Source: a virus
Taxonomy: Duplodnaviria; Caudoviricetes
Reading direction: 5' to 3' (one strand)
Length of the DNA stretch: 64,000 nt
Virus record (IMG/VR): IMGVR_UViG_3300033067_001837
Location: 46,583 to 110,582 of that record
Part shown: piece after piece, positions 63,070-64,000 of the stretch
How positions within the stretch are numbered: position 1 is the stretch's first letter
Layout of the letters: each line of letters begins with the position of its first letter
Program-made: the position numbers and the translations under genes
The notes under the pieces: model-generated
The model's input: only the letters and a program-made list of their open reading frames with translations
What the model was told of the DNA's origin: nothing
Databases searched by the model: none

Positions 63070-63549
63070 TTAAACCTTCTCAAAATGTTCGCAATAGTGC
63101 TTATGCAGTCCGAAGCGCCCGGTCAATCGCTTCCCGTTGATCGTCACATCGCACAGCCGACAGGCACTCTCTTCATCGCCAGGTAGCGAAAGTCGACCGT
63201 GGGAACAGTCGATACAACGCACAGGGAGCCGTTCTACGGCTATTTTCAGCGCAGGGGGTACTCCGATAGTGATTTTCTCAATCGTCGCCCCAAACGCCGT
63301 TTTTAGCGCCTCTACGTCGCTGTTCGCTTGACGCCGCAGGTAGGCCGCGATGTTAGCTTTATTCGCGGTGATCCAGGCGACCTGCTTCTCGCTCAGTTTT
63401 ATCCGGGGCGAGACCAGCACCTTGTCATCGGGGAGCAGGCTGATGACGAAGCCCGCCGCCACAATCTTGTCCAGCGCCGTTGCAATCCGTGTTAAATCAG
63501 TGGGCGGGGGCTGGCCCTGTGTTTCGTAGAGGTTATCGAGCAGCGACAT
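63070..63549 (-). CDS. Hypothetical replication-region protein (TubC N-terminal docking-like segment)
   Basis: AGF.ISL..D...V.P...LS..Q..WI.ANK..I..YL; C-terminal Cys cluster. Confidence 0.5.
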   Translation of the reverse strand: MSLLDNLYETQGQPPPTDLTRIATALDKIVAAGFVISLLPDDKVLVSPRIKLSEKQVAWITANKANIAAYLRRQANSDVEALKTAFGATIEKITIGVPPALKIAVERLPVRCIDCSHGRLSLPGDEESACRLCDVTINGKRLTGRFGLHKHYCEHFEKV

Positions 63550-64000
63550 CAGAAGTTTTCCTCCGCGTTCGGATTCAGGTAGACCACGGGGTACTCCGTG
63601 GGGCTTTCCAGGAACTGCTGGCTGTCTTCCCGGAACCAGAGCGGTATCGTCGCTTCCCATCCGTTGTAGCGGTTCTTACGGATCGACATCGTTGTATCCG
63701 GGGCGCTGATCAGTTTGGCGTCCATGGGTATCCCGTTCAGCAGTTCATCCTGCTGCGCGTCATACTTTTTCTTGTTCCGCCATACGGTGATGACGTTCGG
63801 CGCGTTATCCACCAGTCCACTAGAACCCTTGATGTCGTACATGTTAGGCGCTTCGGTTTCGTCACGGGGCTTCTTGGGATGGATGATCAGGTGGACGTGG
63901 CAGTGGTGTTCATGGGCGAAGGCGACGAGCTTCTGTATCGCTTGTACCTGAGCGTCATAGTTGTCATGGCCGATACCGAGCATCATCAAGCTGTCCACCA
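63549..64000 (-). CDS. SF4 (DnaB/T7 gp4/Twinkle-like) helicase, C-terminal part
   Basis: VDSLM, HVHLIIHP.K, DIKGS....D...NVITVWR, I.KNR..G; runs off the window end. Confidence 0.85.
   Translation of the reverse strand, partial: VDSLMMLGIGHDNYDAQVQAIQKLVAFAHEHHCHVHLIIHPKKPRDETEAPNMYDIKGSSGLVDNAPNVITVWRNKKKYDAQQDELLNGIPMDAKLISAPDTTMSIRKNRYNGWEATIPLWFREDSQQFLESPTEYPVVYLNPNAEENF

Noticed and set aside
1-64000. CRISPR array, diversity-generating retroelement or retron
   Set aside because: I found no regularly spaced repeat-spacer units, no reverse transcriptase motifs and no template/variable repeat pair differing at adenines.

Overview
This 64 kb window is entirely tailed-phage (Caudoviricetes) DNA; no host genes, integrase or att site are visible. 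No tape-measure or sheath gene is recognisable in the window, so a podovirus-like virion is plausible. IHF boxes, sigma70-type promoters and a c4-type RNA point to a proteobacterial host (inference). From 1 to 45.9 kb the minus strand carries the late module: putative ejection proteins, tail/fibre genes, holin and endolysin, major capsid, scaffold, tRNA-Met(CAU), GroES, an inserted nrdJ/antirepressor block, portal, TerL and TerS. From 46.0 to 53.5 kb the plus strand carries about 25 small early genes. From 53.5 to 64 kb the minus strand carries dut, thyA, nucleases, DUF5131, an SSB-like gene, a DNA methyltransferase and a helicase C-terminus. The most unusual signals are: (1) two related HNH endonuclease genes that overlap other reading frames, one antisense inside a ~187-codon stop-free, non-intein insertion in the methyltransferase and one in a shifted frame inside a terminase intein; (2) four inteins, three with atypical termini; (3) a conserved stem-loop just upstream of six structural-gene starts; (4) a 19-bp palindromic operator at six or seven promoters; (5) a complete c4-type antisense RNA switch controlling a Bro-N/nuclease fusion. 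All assignments come from reading motifs by eye; no database searches were run.
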